Assembly: GCA_017464285.1 (NCBI GenBank)
Contig: JAFUDT010000013.1
Coordinates: forward strand, 138,962-202,961
DNA length: 64,000 bases
Direction of reading: 5' to 3'
DNA from: Bacteroidales bacterium
GTDB lineage: Bacteria; Bacteroidota; Bacteroidia; Bacteroidales; UBA1402
Each line of letters starts with the position of its first letter. Within the stretch, counting starts at the first letter, position 1. The position numbers and the translations under genes are program-made. This document shows positions 43,093-51,164 of this stretch, one piece after another. The notes below the pieces were generated by a model. The model made no database searches and had not been told where the DNA came from. It saw nothing but the letters and a program-made list of their open reading frames with translations.

Positions 43093-44505
43093 TCAGATAC
43101 CTTTCCCGAGCAGTATCGGCTTGACGGTGGAGACAAGTATGGTCAGATCCATCAACAGTGACTGGTTTTTCAGGTAGATTATATCGTAGTCGAGCCGCTC
43201 GATCATTTTCCCGATGGTGTCGGCATAGCCGTACTTGACTTCACCCATGGAGGTCAGGCCCGGCTTGACCTGCCATACCAGCTGATAATGGGGAGCCTGG
43301 CTGATGATCTGCCGGGCGTAGAATTCTCTTTCCGGCCTTGGACCGACCAGGGACATTTCTCCTTTGAGTACATTGTAGAGCTGCGGCAGCTCGTCCAGAC
43401 GATATTTGCGCATAAGACGGCCGAAGGGCGTGACGCGGTTGTCGTTGAGTGTGGACAGCAGGGGACCATCGGCCTCGGCATCGGTGTACATGGTCCTGAA
43501 CTTGATGATATTGAACGGTCTGGCGTTTTTACCCAGCCGCTCCTGTCGGTAGAGGACCGGCCCGGGAGAATCGCGACGCACGCGCAGGGCCAGATAGAGG
43601 AACAGCGGACTTAGCAGAGTCAGTCCCAAGATGGAAATCAGCAGGTCGGCGGTACGTTTCAGATGCAGTTCGGCGACGGACATCCCAGCCGGGGTCAGGC
43701 GGCGTAGCGGCACTCCGGAGACCGAATACAGCGAGACATCCGACAGCAGGACTTCCTGCGGGTGCATAGTGGTCTGTATCTCCAGTCCGTAGGCATACAG
43801 CCGGTCGGTCAGGTGACGGATATAAGCATCATCACGCTGGTCAGAGGCGATGATCAGGCTCTCGGTCTGTCGCCGGGCAATGATCTGGTCCAGGTCGTCC
43901 AGAGTTCCCAGTACCGGCCCCTGTACCAGCACTCGGTCCTCCGGGGCTGTCTTGACAAAGCCCTGAGCCAGATAGGGGGAACTGTTCTTGCGGCGGCTCA
44001 GGTAGCGGCGTATGTCCTCGGCCTCCTGTCCGCATCCGATGACCAAGGCGGAAACCCCGACCTTGCCGGCGGCATGTCCGTTGAGCATGGACAGGGTCTG
44101 TATGAGACGCAGCAGCAGCGTGCAGAAGAAATGTATGAGCAGGAGCCCTGCCAAGACACTGTAGAACTGGGTATATTCGGCCGGATAGTCGTTGATGATG
44201 ACCATGAAGAAAATCAGCAGGCTGCCGACCAGGGTGCTGAAAAGGGTGGACAGCAGGTCGGAAGAGCTGGTTTTACGCCTGGGCTGGTGGTAGTAGCCCA
44301 GAAAGGCATAGAGCAACACCCATAGAACGGGCAGTGTCAGGCTCATCGTATAGGCCTTGGGATTGTTCAGAAAATCCCAGGCCGAGGCAAAATCGATGGT
44401 GGAACGAAACTCGTAGAAACGGAACACGTTGAACAGCTGCCAGGCAATCAGCGCCGACAGATAGTCCAGGCAGATGTAGCGTAGTATGCGTTTGTGGTCG
44501 TTCAT
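43093..44505 (-). CDS. polyprenyl-phosphate sugar-1-phosphate transferase (WbaP/EpsB-like initiating transferase)
   Basis: ORF 43093..44871. The ATG at 44505 (MNDHKRILRY) avoids overlap with tsaC. N-terminal TMs. C-terminal Bac_transf domain (FNIIKFRTMYTDAE, LDELPQLYNVLKGEMSLVGPRPE). Confidence 0.9.
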   Translation of the reverse strand: MNDHKRILRYICLDYLSALIAWQLFNVFRFYEFRSTIDFASAWDFLNNPKAYTMSLTLPVLWVLLYAFLGYYHQPRRKTSSSDLLSTLFSTLVGSLLIFFMVIINDYPAEYTQFYSVLAGLLLIHFFCTLLLRLIQTLSMLNGHAAGKVGVSALVIGCGQEAEDIRRYLSRRKNSSPYLAQGFVKTAPEDRVLVQGPVLGTLDDLDQIIARRQTESLIIASDQRDDAYIRHLTDRLYAYGLEIQTTMHPQEVLLSDVSLYSVSGVPLRRLTPAGMSVAELHLKRTADLLISILGLTLLSPLFLYLALRVRRDSPGPVLYRQERLGKNARPFNIIKFRTMYTDAEADGPLLSTLNDNRVTPFGRLMRKYRLDELPQLYNVLKGEMSLVGPRPEREFYARQIISQAPHYQLVWQVKPGLTSMGEVKYGYADTIGKMIERLDYDIIYLKNQSLLMDLTILVSTVKPILLGKGI

Positions 44506-44578
44506 CTTACTTTTGGTTTGGCGTTGTCCGGAATCCATCCCCGAAAACGGGGTTCCCTCATGGTCAAATCCCTCGCTG

Positions 44579-45148
44579 TCATGGCCGTATGATGCGAATC
44601 TGTCCGTCAATCCCCAGCTTGACAATGGAAGAGGGAACGGCCTTGTCCTTCTCGTCCTGCCGATAGTCGACGATATAGTCGACTGCCTTTCTGATCTCTT
44701 CCGAAACCTCGGCAAAACAGGCAGGCGACGGCTCTCCGGCAATATTGGCCGAGGTCGAGACAATGGCTTTATGGAAGGCCTGGCACAGTCCTTGTGAAAA
44801 GGCTTCCCGGGTGACCCTGATGCCGATGCTGCCGTCCGGGGCCACCAGGTTGTCAGCCAGATTGCGGGCACCGTCGTAAATAACGGTCAGGGGTTTGTCG
44901 GAGAATTCGGTCAGGTCCCAGGCCAGCTCGGGCAATTCCTGTACGTAAGCGGCCGCCTTCTGAAGGGAATCGACCAGAACCAGCATGGCTTTGCTTTCGG
45001 CCCGATGCTTGATTTCATAGATGCGCCGTACCGCCTCGGGGTTGGTGGCATCGCAGCCCAGCCCCCAGATTGTATCGGTCGGGTAGAGGATGACGCCTCC
45101 CCCGATCAGTACTTCACGTGCATTCCTTATTTCCCGGCTCAGTGACAT
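44579..45148 (-). CDS. tsaC: L-threonylcarbamoyladenylate synthase (YrdC/TsaC type)
   Basis: ORF 44579..45202. The ATG at 45148 gives MSLSREIRNAREVL. YrdC motifs ILYPTDTIWGLGCDA and STSANIAGEP. Confidence 0.9.
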   Translation of the reverse strand: MSLSREIRNAREVLIGGGVILYPTDTIWGLGCDATNPEAVRRIYEIKHRAESKAMLVLVDSLQKAAAYVQELPELAWDLTEFSDKPLTVIYDGARNLADNLVAPDGSIGIRVTREAFSQGLCQAFHKAIVSTSANIAGEPSPACFAEVSEEIRKAVDYIVDYRQDEKDKAVPSSIVKLGIDGQIRIIRP

Positions 45149-45214
45149 AACGCCGCAAATGTAGTGAAAGTCGGGGAAAAGAAGAACCCAAAATACCGTC
45201 AATCGAAAATTATA

Positions 45215-45246
45215 TTTGCTATTGGATACGATTTGCCTTATCTTTG
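45215..45246 (+). promoter_or_regulatory. candidate Bacteroides-type promoter upstream of recJ
   Basis: TTTG (45215..45218), 20 nt, then TAtcTTTG (45239..45246), matching the TTTG/TAnnTTTG consensus. It would produce a GC-rich leader of about 160 nt before the recJ ATG. Confidence 0.45.
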
Positions 45247-45411
45247 CGCATGGCGTCTGGTCATGCTGCGGACGGATTTGTTCCCAAGCCGCACGGCAGA
45301 CAGCGGACGGTTGCGGCCGGGAGCCGGAGGTCTCCCCGGGGCAGGCGACAGTCCAGGAGGTTTCAAACCTCTGTCTCTGTGAAAGAAAAGAGAAACAAAT
45401 ATATAGACTTA

Positions 45412-47130
45412 ATGAACACCAAGTGGAATTTATTAACTCTAACCCCCCAGCAAGAAAAGAATAAGAAAGTATTAGCAGAAGAATTAGGAGTGAGCCCGGT
45501 ATTGGCTCAGCTTCTCATACAGAGAGGCATCACGACATTTGAAGAGGCTAAGAAATTTTTCCGGCCGCAACTGTCCGATTTGCACGATCCTTTTTTGATG
45601 AAGGATATGGACAAAGCGGTGAATCGTCTGAACCAGGCGATAGCCAACAAGGAAAAGATCCTTATTTACGGGGATTATGACGTTGACGGTGCTACAGCAG
45701 TAGCACTGGTTTACAGATTTTTACGCCAGTACACCACTCATCTGGACTACTATCTGCCCGACCGTTATGTGGAGGGCTACGGCGTATCGTATCAAGGCAT
45801 AGACTATGCCGCCAACAACCATTTCTCGCTGGTCATCGTGCTCGACTGTGGCATTAAGGCAGTGGACAAGATCGCTTATGCCAAGGAAAAAGGCGTCGAC
45901 TTTATCGTTTGCGACCATCACAAGCCGGACGACAAGCTGCCCGACGCAGTGGCCGTGCTGGATGCCAAACGCGAGGATTCGACTTATCCCTATGGAGAGT
46001 TGTCGGGTTGCGGCGTGGGTTTCAAACTTATGCAGGCCTTTGCCCAGAACAACGGTATTCCGTTTTCGGAGCTGATCCCCTTGCTCGACCTGGTGGCCGT
46101 GAGCATCGCTTCGGATATTGTCCCCATCACGGGTGAGAACCGCATCCTGGCTTTTCATGGGCTCAAGCAGCTGAACGCCAGCCCGAACATCGGGCTGAAG
46201 TCCATCATCCACATCTGCAGCCTGGACGACAAGGAAATCACTATCAGTGACATTGTCTTCAAGATCGGTCCTCGGCTGAATGCTTCGGGCCGTATCCAGT
46301 CGGCTGCCGAGGCGGTCGATCTGCTGGTGACCAAGGATGCCTACCTGGCCAAGGAGATTGCCATGAAGATTGACGCCTACAACCAGGAGCGCAAGAGCCT
46401 GGACAAGACCATCACCGAGGAAGCGACGACCATCCTGCAGAACTATCCCGACCTGTCCGACAAACGCGGTATCGTGGTCTATAACGAGGAGTGGCACAAG
46501 GGGGTAATCGGTATTGTAGCCTCCCGCCTGTCGGAAGAATATTACCGGCCCGTGGTGGTGCTCACCCGCTCGGGCAGTCTGGCCACCGGTTCGGCACGTT
46601 CCGTTCCGGGATTCGACATCTACAAGGCCATAGAATCCTGTCGCGACCTGCTGGAGAACTTCGGCGGCCACACCTATGCGGCCGGGCTGTCCATGAAGAT
46701 GGAGAACCTGGAGGCCTTTACCCGTCGTTTCGAGGACTACGTAGCCGAGAATATCCAGTTCGACCAGATGATTCCGACCATCGACATCGATGCCGAAATC
46801 AAGTTCCAGGAGATTACCCCCAAGTTTTTCCGCATCCTCAAGCAGTTCAATCCTTTCGGACCGGAGAACAACAAGCCGGTGTTCTGTACCCGCCGTGTGT
46901 TCGACTATGGTACCAGCCGGCTGGTGGGCCGCGATCAGGAACATCTCAAGCTGGAGCTGGTGGACAGCCATTCGGAGAATATCATGAACGGGATTGCTTT
47001 CGGCATGTCAGAGCACAATGACCACGTCAAGTCGTTCAATCCCTTTGATATCTGCTATCATATCGAGGAGAACACCTACAACGGCAACACCTCGATCCAG
47101 CTGCTTGTCAAGGATATTAAGAACGACTGA
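45412..47130 (+). CDS. recJ: single-stranded-DNA-specific exonuclease RecJ
   Basis: ORF 45244..47130. The ATG at 45412 gives MNTKWNLLTL. DHH motifs IYGDYDVDGATA, VLDCG and VCDHHKP. DHHA1 GGHTYAAG. Confidence 0.94.
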   Translation: MNTKWNLLTLTPQQEKNKKVLAEELGVSPVLAQLLIQRGITTFEEAKKFFRPQLSDLHDPFLMKDMDKAVNRLNQAIANKEKILIYGDYDVDGATAVALVYRFLRQYTTHLDYYLPDRYVEGYGVSYQGIDYAANNHFSLVIVLDCGIKAVDKIAYAKEKGVDFIVCDHHKPDDKLPDAVAVLDAKREDSTYPYGELSGCGVGFKLMQAFAQNNGIPFSELIPLLDLVAVSIASDIVPITGENRILAFHGLKQLNASPNIGLKSIIHICSLDDKEITISDIVFKIGPRLNASGRIQSAAEAVDLLVTKDAYLAKEIAMKIDAYNQERKSLDKTITEEATTILQNYPDLSDKRGIVVYNEEWHKGVIGIVASRLSEEYYRPVVVLTRSGSLATGSARSVPGFDIYKAIESCRDLLENFGGHTYAAGLSMKMENLEAFTRRFEDYVAENIQFDQMIPTIDIDAEIKFQEITPKFFRILKQFNPFGPENNKPVFCTRRVFDYGTSRLVGRDQEHLKLELVDSHSENIMNGIAFGMSEHNDHVKSFNPFDICYHIEENTYNGNTSIQLLVKDIKND

Positions 47131-47146
47131 CGTCACGCGCCGGGCC

Positions 47147-49051
47147 ATGGATGTCTATCAAGAGATACTGAAGAAGTATTGGGGGTATGATGCCTTCCGG
47201 CCCTTACAGCTGGATATCATCCGTTCGGTGGCTGCCGGTCGTGACACCCTGGGGCTGATGCCCACGGGCGGCGGTAAGTCGCTGACTTTCCAGGTGCCGG
47301 CCCTGGCCATGGAGGGACTCTGTCTGGTGGTCACTCCTCTGGTGGCCCTGATGAAAGACCAGGTCGAGCACCTGCGGGCCATGGGTATCCGGGCTGCCTG
47401 CATCCATTCGGGACTGAGCCAGGGGGAAATCATTGAGACCTTCGACAACTGTCTCTACGGAGACTACAAGTTCCTGTATATTTCCCCCGAGCGTCTGGGA
47501 ACCCGTCTGTTCCAGGAACGTCTGGCTTCGTATCGAATCAGTCTGCTGGTGGTCGATGAGGCTCATTGCATCTCACAGTGGGGATACGACTTCCGGCCAT
47601 CCTACCTGCAGATTGCCCGTATCCGGGAGCTGTTGCCCGAGGTGCCGGTGCTGGCTGTCACAGCCACGGCAACACCTCAGGTGGTGACCGACATCCAGCA
47701 GCAGCTGCATTTCCGGGAACCTAATGTCTTCCAGGTCAGTTTCGAGCGCAAGAACCTGGCCTACGTGGTCCGCCAGACCGAAGACAAGGACAGTCAGCTC
47801 CTGGGCTGGCTGGAGAATGTGCCGGGAACGGCCATTGTTTATGTGCGCATGCGCAGCCGTACGCGCGAGATCGCCTCTTTCCTGAAAAAGAACGGCCTGT
47901 CGGCCGACTATTATCATGCAGGTCTGAGCCAGGAGACCAGGAACGAACGCCAACAGGCCTGGAAAAGCGGTCGGACACGTATTATCGTCTCGACCAACGC
48001 CTTTGGCATGGGTATTGACAAGGCCGATGTCCGTCTGGTGCTGCACTACGATCTGCCCGATTCTCCGGAAGCTTATTTCCAGGAGGCGGGCCGTGCAGGT
48101 CGCGACGGTAAGAAGGCCTATGCCGTGCTGCTCTTCCACAAGTCGGATGCCACACAGCTCAAGCGGCGCATCAGTGACACTTTTCCCGACAAGAAGTATA
48201 TCCGCAAGGTCTATGACAGCCTTTGTTACTATTATGAGCTGCCGGCCGGGGCGGGAGAGGGCCTGAGCCGTATTTTCGACCTGACGGATTTCTGCACGCG
48301 CTTCCATCTGAATGCCAATCAGGCTTTCGGAGCTCTGAAAGTCCTGCAGCAGGCCGGCTATCTCGAATATACAGATGAGCAGGATGCCCATTCCCGCCTA
48401 TGTATTACCATGGATCGCGATGAACTGTATCAGCTGGAACTGGACGAGCTCGGCGACGAACTTCTGCAGATGCTGCTACGCTCTTATTCAGGACTGTTCG
48501 CCGATTTTGTCCCCATTGATGAGGCAGTACTGGCAGGGCATCTTGGCTGCAGCCGCGAGCAGGTCTACCACGGACTGAAAAAACTCGTTTCTTACGGGGT
48601 GCTGCAATATATTCCCCGTCGCACCTCCCCCTTGCTCACTTTTACGCAGGACAGGGTCGAGGGCAAAGACCTGCACCTCTCGCCGGAAGTCTATGAGCTG
48701 CGTCGCCGTCGCTTCGAGGAGCGTATCATGGCCATGGTCGAATATGCCTCGGACAATTCGGTTTGCCGCAGTCGTCGTCTGATGCATTATTTCGGCCAGC
48801 AAAAAGCCGGCAACTGCGGCCAGTGCGATGTCTGTCTCCGTAAGCAGGGCCGTCTGCGCCATTACGAAGTGGAGGATATCTCGGCTGCTATTCTCGGGGC
48901 GCTGCAGGACCGGCCTCTTTCGCTGGAGGACCTGATTGACACGCTGGGGGGTGATAAGGACAAGACCATAGAGGTTTTGCGCTTCATGTGTGAGCAGCAC
49001 CGTCTCCGTGAAGACAAATTCCTGTACTATCCCTGCGAGGAAAGCCATTAG
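47147..49051 (+). CDS. recQ: ATP-dependent DNA helicase RecQ
   Basis: ORF 46994..49051. The ATG at 47147 gives MDVYQEILKKYWGYDAFRPLQ. Motif I MPTGGGKSL, DEAH VVDEAHCISQWGYDFRPSY, zinc-binding Cys cluster CRSRRLMHYFG...CGQCDVC. Confidence 0.96.
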   Translation: MDVYQEILKKYWGYDAFRPLQLDIIRSVAAGRDTLGLMPTGGGKSLTFQVPALAMEGLCLVVTPLVALMKDQVEHLRAMGIRAACIHSGLSQGEIIETFDNCLYGDYKFLYISPERLGTRLFQERLASYRISLLVVDEAHCISQWGYDFRPSYLQIARIRELLPEVPVLAVTATATPQVVTDIQQQLHFREPNVFQVSFERKNLAYVVRQTEDKDSQLLGWLENVPGTAIVYVRMRSRTREIASFLKKNGLSADYYHAGLSQETRNERQQAWKSGRTRIIVSTNAFGMGIDKADVRLVLHYDLPDSPEAYFQEAGRAGRDGKKAYAVLLFHKSDATQLKRRISDTFPDKKYIRKVYDSLCYYYELPAGAGEGLSRIFDLTDFCTRFHLNANQAFGALKVLQQAGYLEYTDEQDAHSRLCITMDRDELYQLELDELGDELLQMLLRSYSGLFADFVPIDEAVLAGHLGCSREQVYHGLKKLVSYGVLQYIPRRTSPLLTFTQDRVEGKDLHLSPEVYELRRRRFEERIMAMVEYASDNSVCRSRRLMHYFGQQKAGNCGQCDVCLRKQGRLRHYEVEDISAAILGALQDRPLSLEDLIDTLGGDKDKTIEVLRFMCEQHRLREDKFLYYPCEESH

Positions 49052-49098
49052 CTGCTTGTTGGCGATAATAAGTTGAATTTCAGCGCTTTTATTAATAA

Positions 49099-49170
49099 TT
49101 GACAAATTATCCTCAAGGTAATGTCGGCACTCATGCAGAATATGAAAAAATTGATGTTTCGTTAATATAA
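49099..49170 (+). pseudogene. 3' stub of a HigB-type (E. coli YgjN-like) toxin gene
   Basis: Only 23 codons are open after an in-frame TAA: LTNYPQGNVGTHAEYEKIDVSLI*. The H-A-E-Y-[DE]-K tail matches the C-terminus of HigB toxins. It sits 6 nt before the higA-like ATG. No N-terminal part is present. Confidence 0.55.
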
Positions 49171-49176
49171 GAGGCC

Positions 49177-49538
49177 ATGGCGAAAATTAAAGACGAAAGG
49201 CAATATAAAGCGATGCTTTCCAGGATTGACACGCTTTTTTTGAGACAGACGAACGGACTCCCTCGGATGATCCTCGTCTGTTGGAACTAGATTTGCTTGC
49301 TTCTCTGATAGAAGAGTATGAAAAGGAACATTTCCCTATCGAAACGCCTTCTCTTTCTGCAGCAATGAATGCTCGATTGTCAGAGTATCATTTGACACAG
49401 AAAGAACTGGCTGCGATGCTCGGTATGACTGCACCGCGTCTCAGTGCCATTTTAAGCGGCAAGGCTAATCCGACTTTTGAACAGGCTCGAGTCATTTCAT
49501 CCAGATTAAATATTGCCCCGGCAATTATTTTGGGATAA
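49177..49538 (+). pseudogene. HigA-type HTH antitoxin, frameshifted in a T7 run
   Basis: ATG 49177 reads MAKIKDERQYKAMLSRIDTLF, then goes out of frame at the T7 run (49235..49241) and stops at 49288. The other frame continues ETDERTPSDDPRLLELDLLASLIEEYE...LTQKELAAMLGMTAPRLSAILSGK... to 49538. A T8 run would restore a protein of about 120 aa. Confidence 0.75.
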
Positions 49539-49570
49539 TTCTCCACAGAAAAGAGATCACTCAGGACCTC

Positions 49571-49602
49571 AGAACGTGGACGGTTGTGTCCACGTTCTTT
49601 TT
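49571..49602 (+). terminator. intrinsic terminator after the higA remnant
   Basis: 11-bp stem agaacgtggac / gtccacgttct with loop ggttgt, followed by tttt. Confidence 0.7.
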
Positions 49603-49633
49603 GTTCTGAAAAATCCGTTTCACCGATAAGTAG

Positions 49634-49837
49634 CCGCCCGTAAAAGTATTGCGTATGTGGTCTATTAAAGATGAAGTTATTTTTTTCAATGATATCGTCC
49701 TGGATCCATTTATGGGAAGTGGTACAACTGCGATAGCCGCATTGAAGAACCGGCGGAAATATATCGGGTATGAGATATCGGAGGAATATGTGAAGATTGC
49801 CAATAATCGTATCGCTAACGTGGGAGCCTTGTTATAG
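49634..49837 (+). pseudogene. C-terminal fragment of a beta-class amino (N6-A/N4-C) DNA methyltransferase
   Basis: The frame opens after TAG 49631. It reads PPVKVLRMWSIKDEVIFFNDIVLDPFMGSGTTAIAALKNRRKYIGYEISEEYVKIANNRI. This holds the AdoMet motif I (DPFMGSGTT) and tail only. The catalytic (D/S)PP(Y/F/H) part is absent. Confidence 0.75.
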
Positions 49838-49874
49838 CGCCTGCCAGCGGCGACCCGGTTTTCGAGAATATCCT

Positions 49875-50822
49875 TCACTGATTGCCGTCCGGGGCGGTGC
49901 CTCCTATGTCGGTCGAGACAGGTACGCGGGGACGCAGGGAACGGACTTGCTGCAGGAAATCGAGAATCAGGCTGTTGAAGACTGCAGGCTGTTCCATGTT
50001 GAGCATGTGACCGCAGTCGGGCAGCACGACATAGCGACACTGGCTCAGGTACTCCATTTCCCCGGGAGTTCCTTTGCGGTCTTTTACCTCGTTTTCACCC
50101 CTGACAATCAGTGTGGGGATATCGGTTTTCCCCCGTTGGCGAAGTATCTCCCAGGCCTCCCTTCCGTAGAAGAGTCTGACCTCTTTGTGCAGCGGCTGCC
50201 AAGCCGACCAGTCACGGATCATCCTTTGTAAGGGAGCGCGCATTCTCTCCTTTTGGGAGCCCCCCGAGGACATCAGTGTTTCCAGCCACTCCTTTTTGTA
50301 GTTGTCGACACCTTTCTGGCGGAGTGCTGCAATTTCCCGGTCTCTTTGGGCACTTTCCACGGAATCCATCGGCTGGGAAGGTCCCGGAGTACTGCGTATT
50401 CCGCCGCTGACCAACACGCAGCTGAGCATCCTCTGCGGGCAGAGTGCCAGCATGTCGCCGGCCACGAAAGCCCCCATCGACAGACCGACGACATGGGCTT
50501 TATCTATCTGCAGGGCATCCATCAACCGGAGCAGATCCCCCAGGTGGGTGGCCTGCTGGGTCTGGGTCTGCTCCGAAGATTTGCCGTAGCCACGAAAATC
50601 AAATCGGATGGTGCGGTATTGACGGGAAAACTCGTGGAACTGACTGTCCCACATACGCCGGTCCAGCGAGTGACCGTGGAGCAGTATCAGTGGTTCCCCC
50701 TGGCCGCATTCTTCGTAATAGAGCCGGGCACCATCCCCGAGACTCAGGTAGCCGCTTTCCTTTCTCTGGCAGGCAAACAGCCCGAGAATCAGGATAAGAT
50801 AGAACAATAGTCTGGTTTTCAT
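49875..50822 (-). CDS. alpha/beta-fold hydrolase lipoprotein
   Basis: Lipobox ILGLFAC. HG oxyanion motif LLHGHSL. Nucleophile elbow GLSMGAF. C-terminal His context DCGHML. Confidence 0.85.
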   Translation of the reverse strand: MKTRLLFYLILILGLFACQRKESGYLSLGDGARLYYEECGQGEPLILLHGHSLDRRMWDSQFHEFSRQYRTIRFDFRGYGKSSEQTQTQQATHLGDLLRLMDALQIDKAHVVGLSMGAFVAGDMLALCPQRMLSCVLVSGGIRSTPGPSQPMDSVESAQRDREIAALRQKGVDNYKKEWLETLMSSGGSQKERMRAPLQRMIRDWSAWQPLHKEVRLFYGREAWEILRQRGKTDIPTLIVRGENEVKDRKGTPGEMEYLSQCRYVVLPDCGHMLNMEQPAVFNSLILDFLQQVRSLRPRVPVSTDIGGTAPDGNQ

Positions 50823-50951
50823 GTTCTTGTGTAAAATCCTCTGCGCTATGTCAATGACTATGCTGTCTGTTTTCAGGGTGCAACCGTAAAGGTAATAAAT
50901 AATTCCGAAGAAAGGCGGTTTTGCCGAATAATCAAAAAAAACGGGAAAATG

Positions 50952-50982
50952 TTTGCGGGGGGAAAAATGTTCTATATCTTTG
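50952..50982 (+). promoter_or_regulatory. candidate Bacteroides-type promoter for the leader/aromatic operon
   Basis: TTTG (50952..50955), 19 nt, then TAtcTTTG (50975..50982). The first AUG downstream is the leader ORF at 51005. Confidence 0.5.
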
Positions 50983-51004
50983 CCCCCGATTTATCCGGAC
51001 AGTG

Positions 51005-51064
51005 ATGAACAGTTTTACTTTTGCATACTTCTATTACGGCTTTTACTTTAGCTTCGACAGTTAA
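51005..51064 (+). CDS. 19-codon Phe/Tyr-rich leader peptide (candidate attenuation leader)
   Basis: ATG AAC AGT TTT ACT TTT GCA TAC TTC TAT TAC GGC TTT TAC TTT AGC TTC GAC AGT TAA translates to MNSFTFAYFYYGFYFSFDS*. It has 6 Phe and 4 Tyr in 19 residues. It lies between a promoter-like element and a terminator, directly upstream of aromatic amino-acid genes. Confidence 0.7.
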   Translation: MNSFTFAYFYYGFYFSFDS

Positions 51065-51120
51065 GGGCAGGTCGTCTTGTATGTGAGAGTTCCGAGAAAA
51101 CGATAACACGAAATATGAGG

Positions 51121-51149
51121 TCCCGCCCAGACAAGGCGGGATTTTTTTT
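51121..51149 (+). terminator. intrinsic terminator (attenuator) between the leader ORF and the aminotransferase gene
   Basis: Stem tcccgcc / ggcggga with loop cagacaa, followed by T8 (51142..51149). It ends 15 nt before the ATG at 51165. Confidence 0.8.
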
Positions 51150-51164
51150 AGACAACCAGAGAAT

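Noticed and set aside
44506-44871. N-terminal extensions suggested by the ORF track. These are the sugar transferase to 44871, recQ from 46994, recJ from 45244, topB to 35070 and dsbD-like to 33139.
   Set aside because: The extensions overlap the upstream genes (tsaC, recJ, rubredoxin, topB) or non-coding DNA. They are Arg/Pro/Ser-rich with no homology-like content. Internal ATGs give canonical family N-termini.
45244-45411. I considered that the GC-rich recJ-upstream segment could be SRP (4.5S) RNA or a tRNA.
   Set aside because: It has no GGAA tetraloop/AGCAG domain-IV signature on either strand. It has no GTTCRANYC T-arm, and the GGTTTCAAACC hairpin does not fit one. It is kept only as an unexplained leader in the findings.
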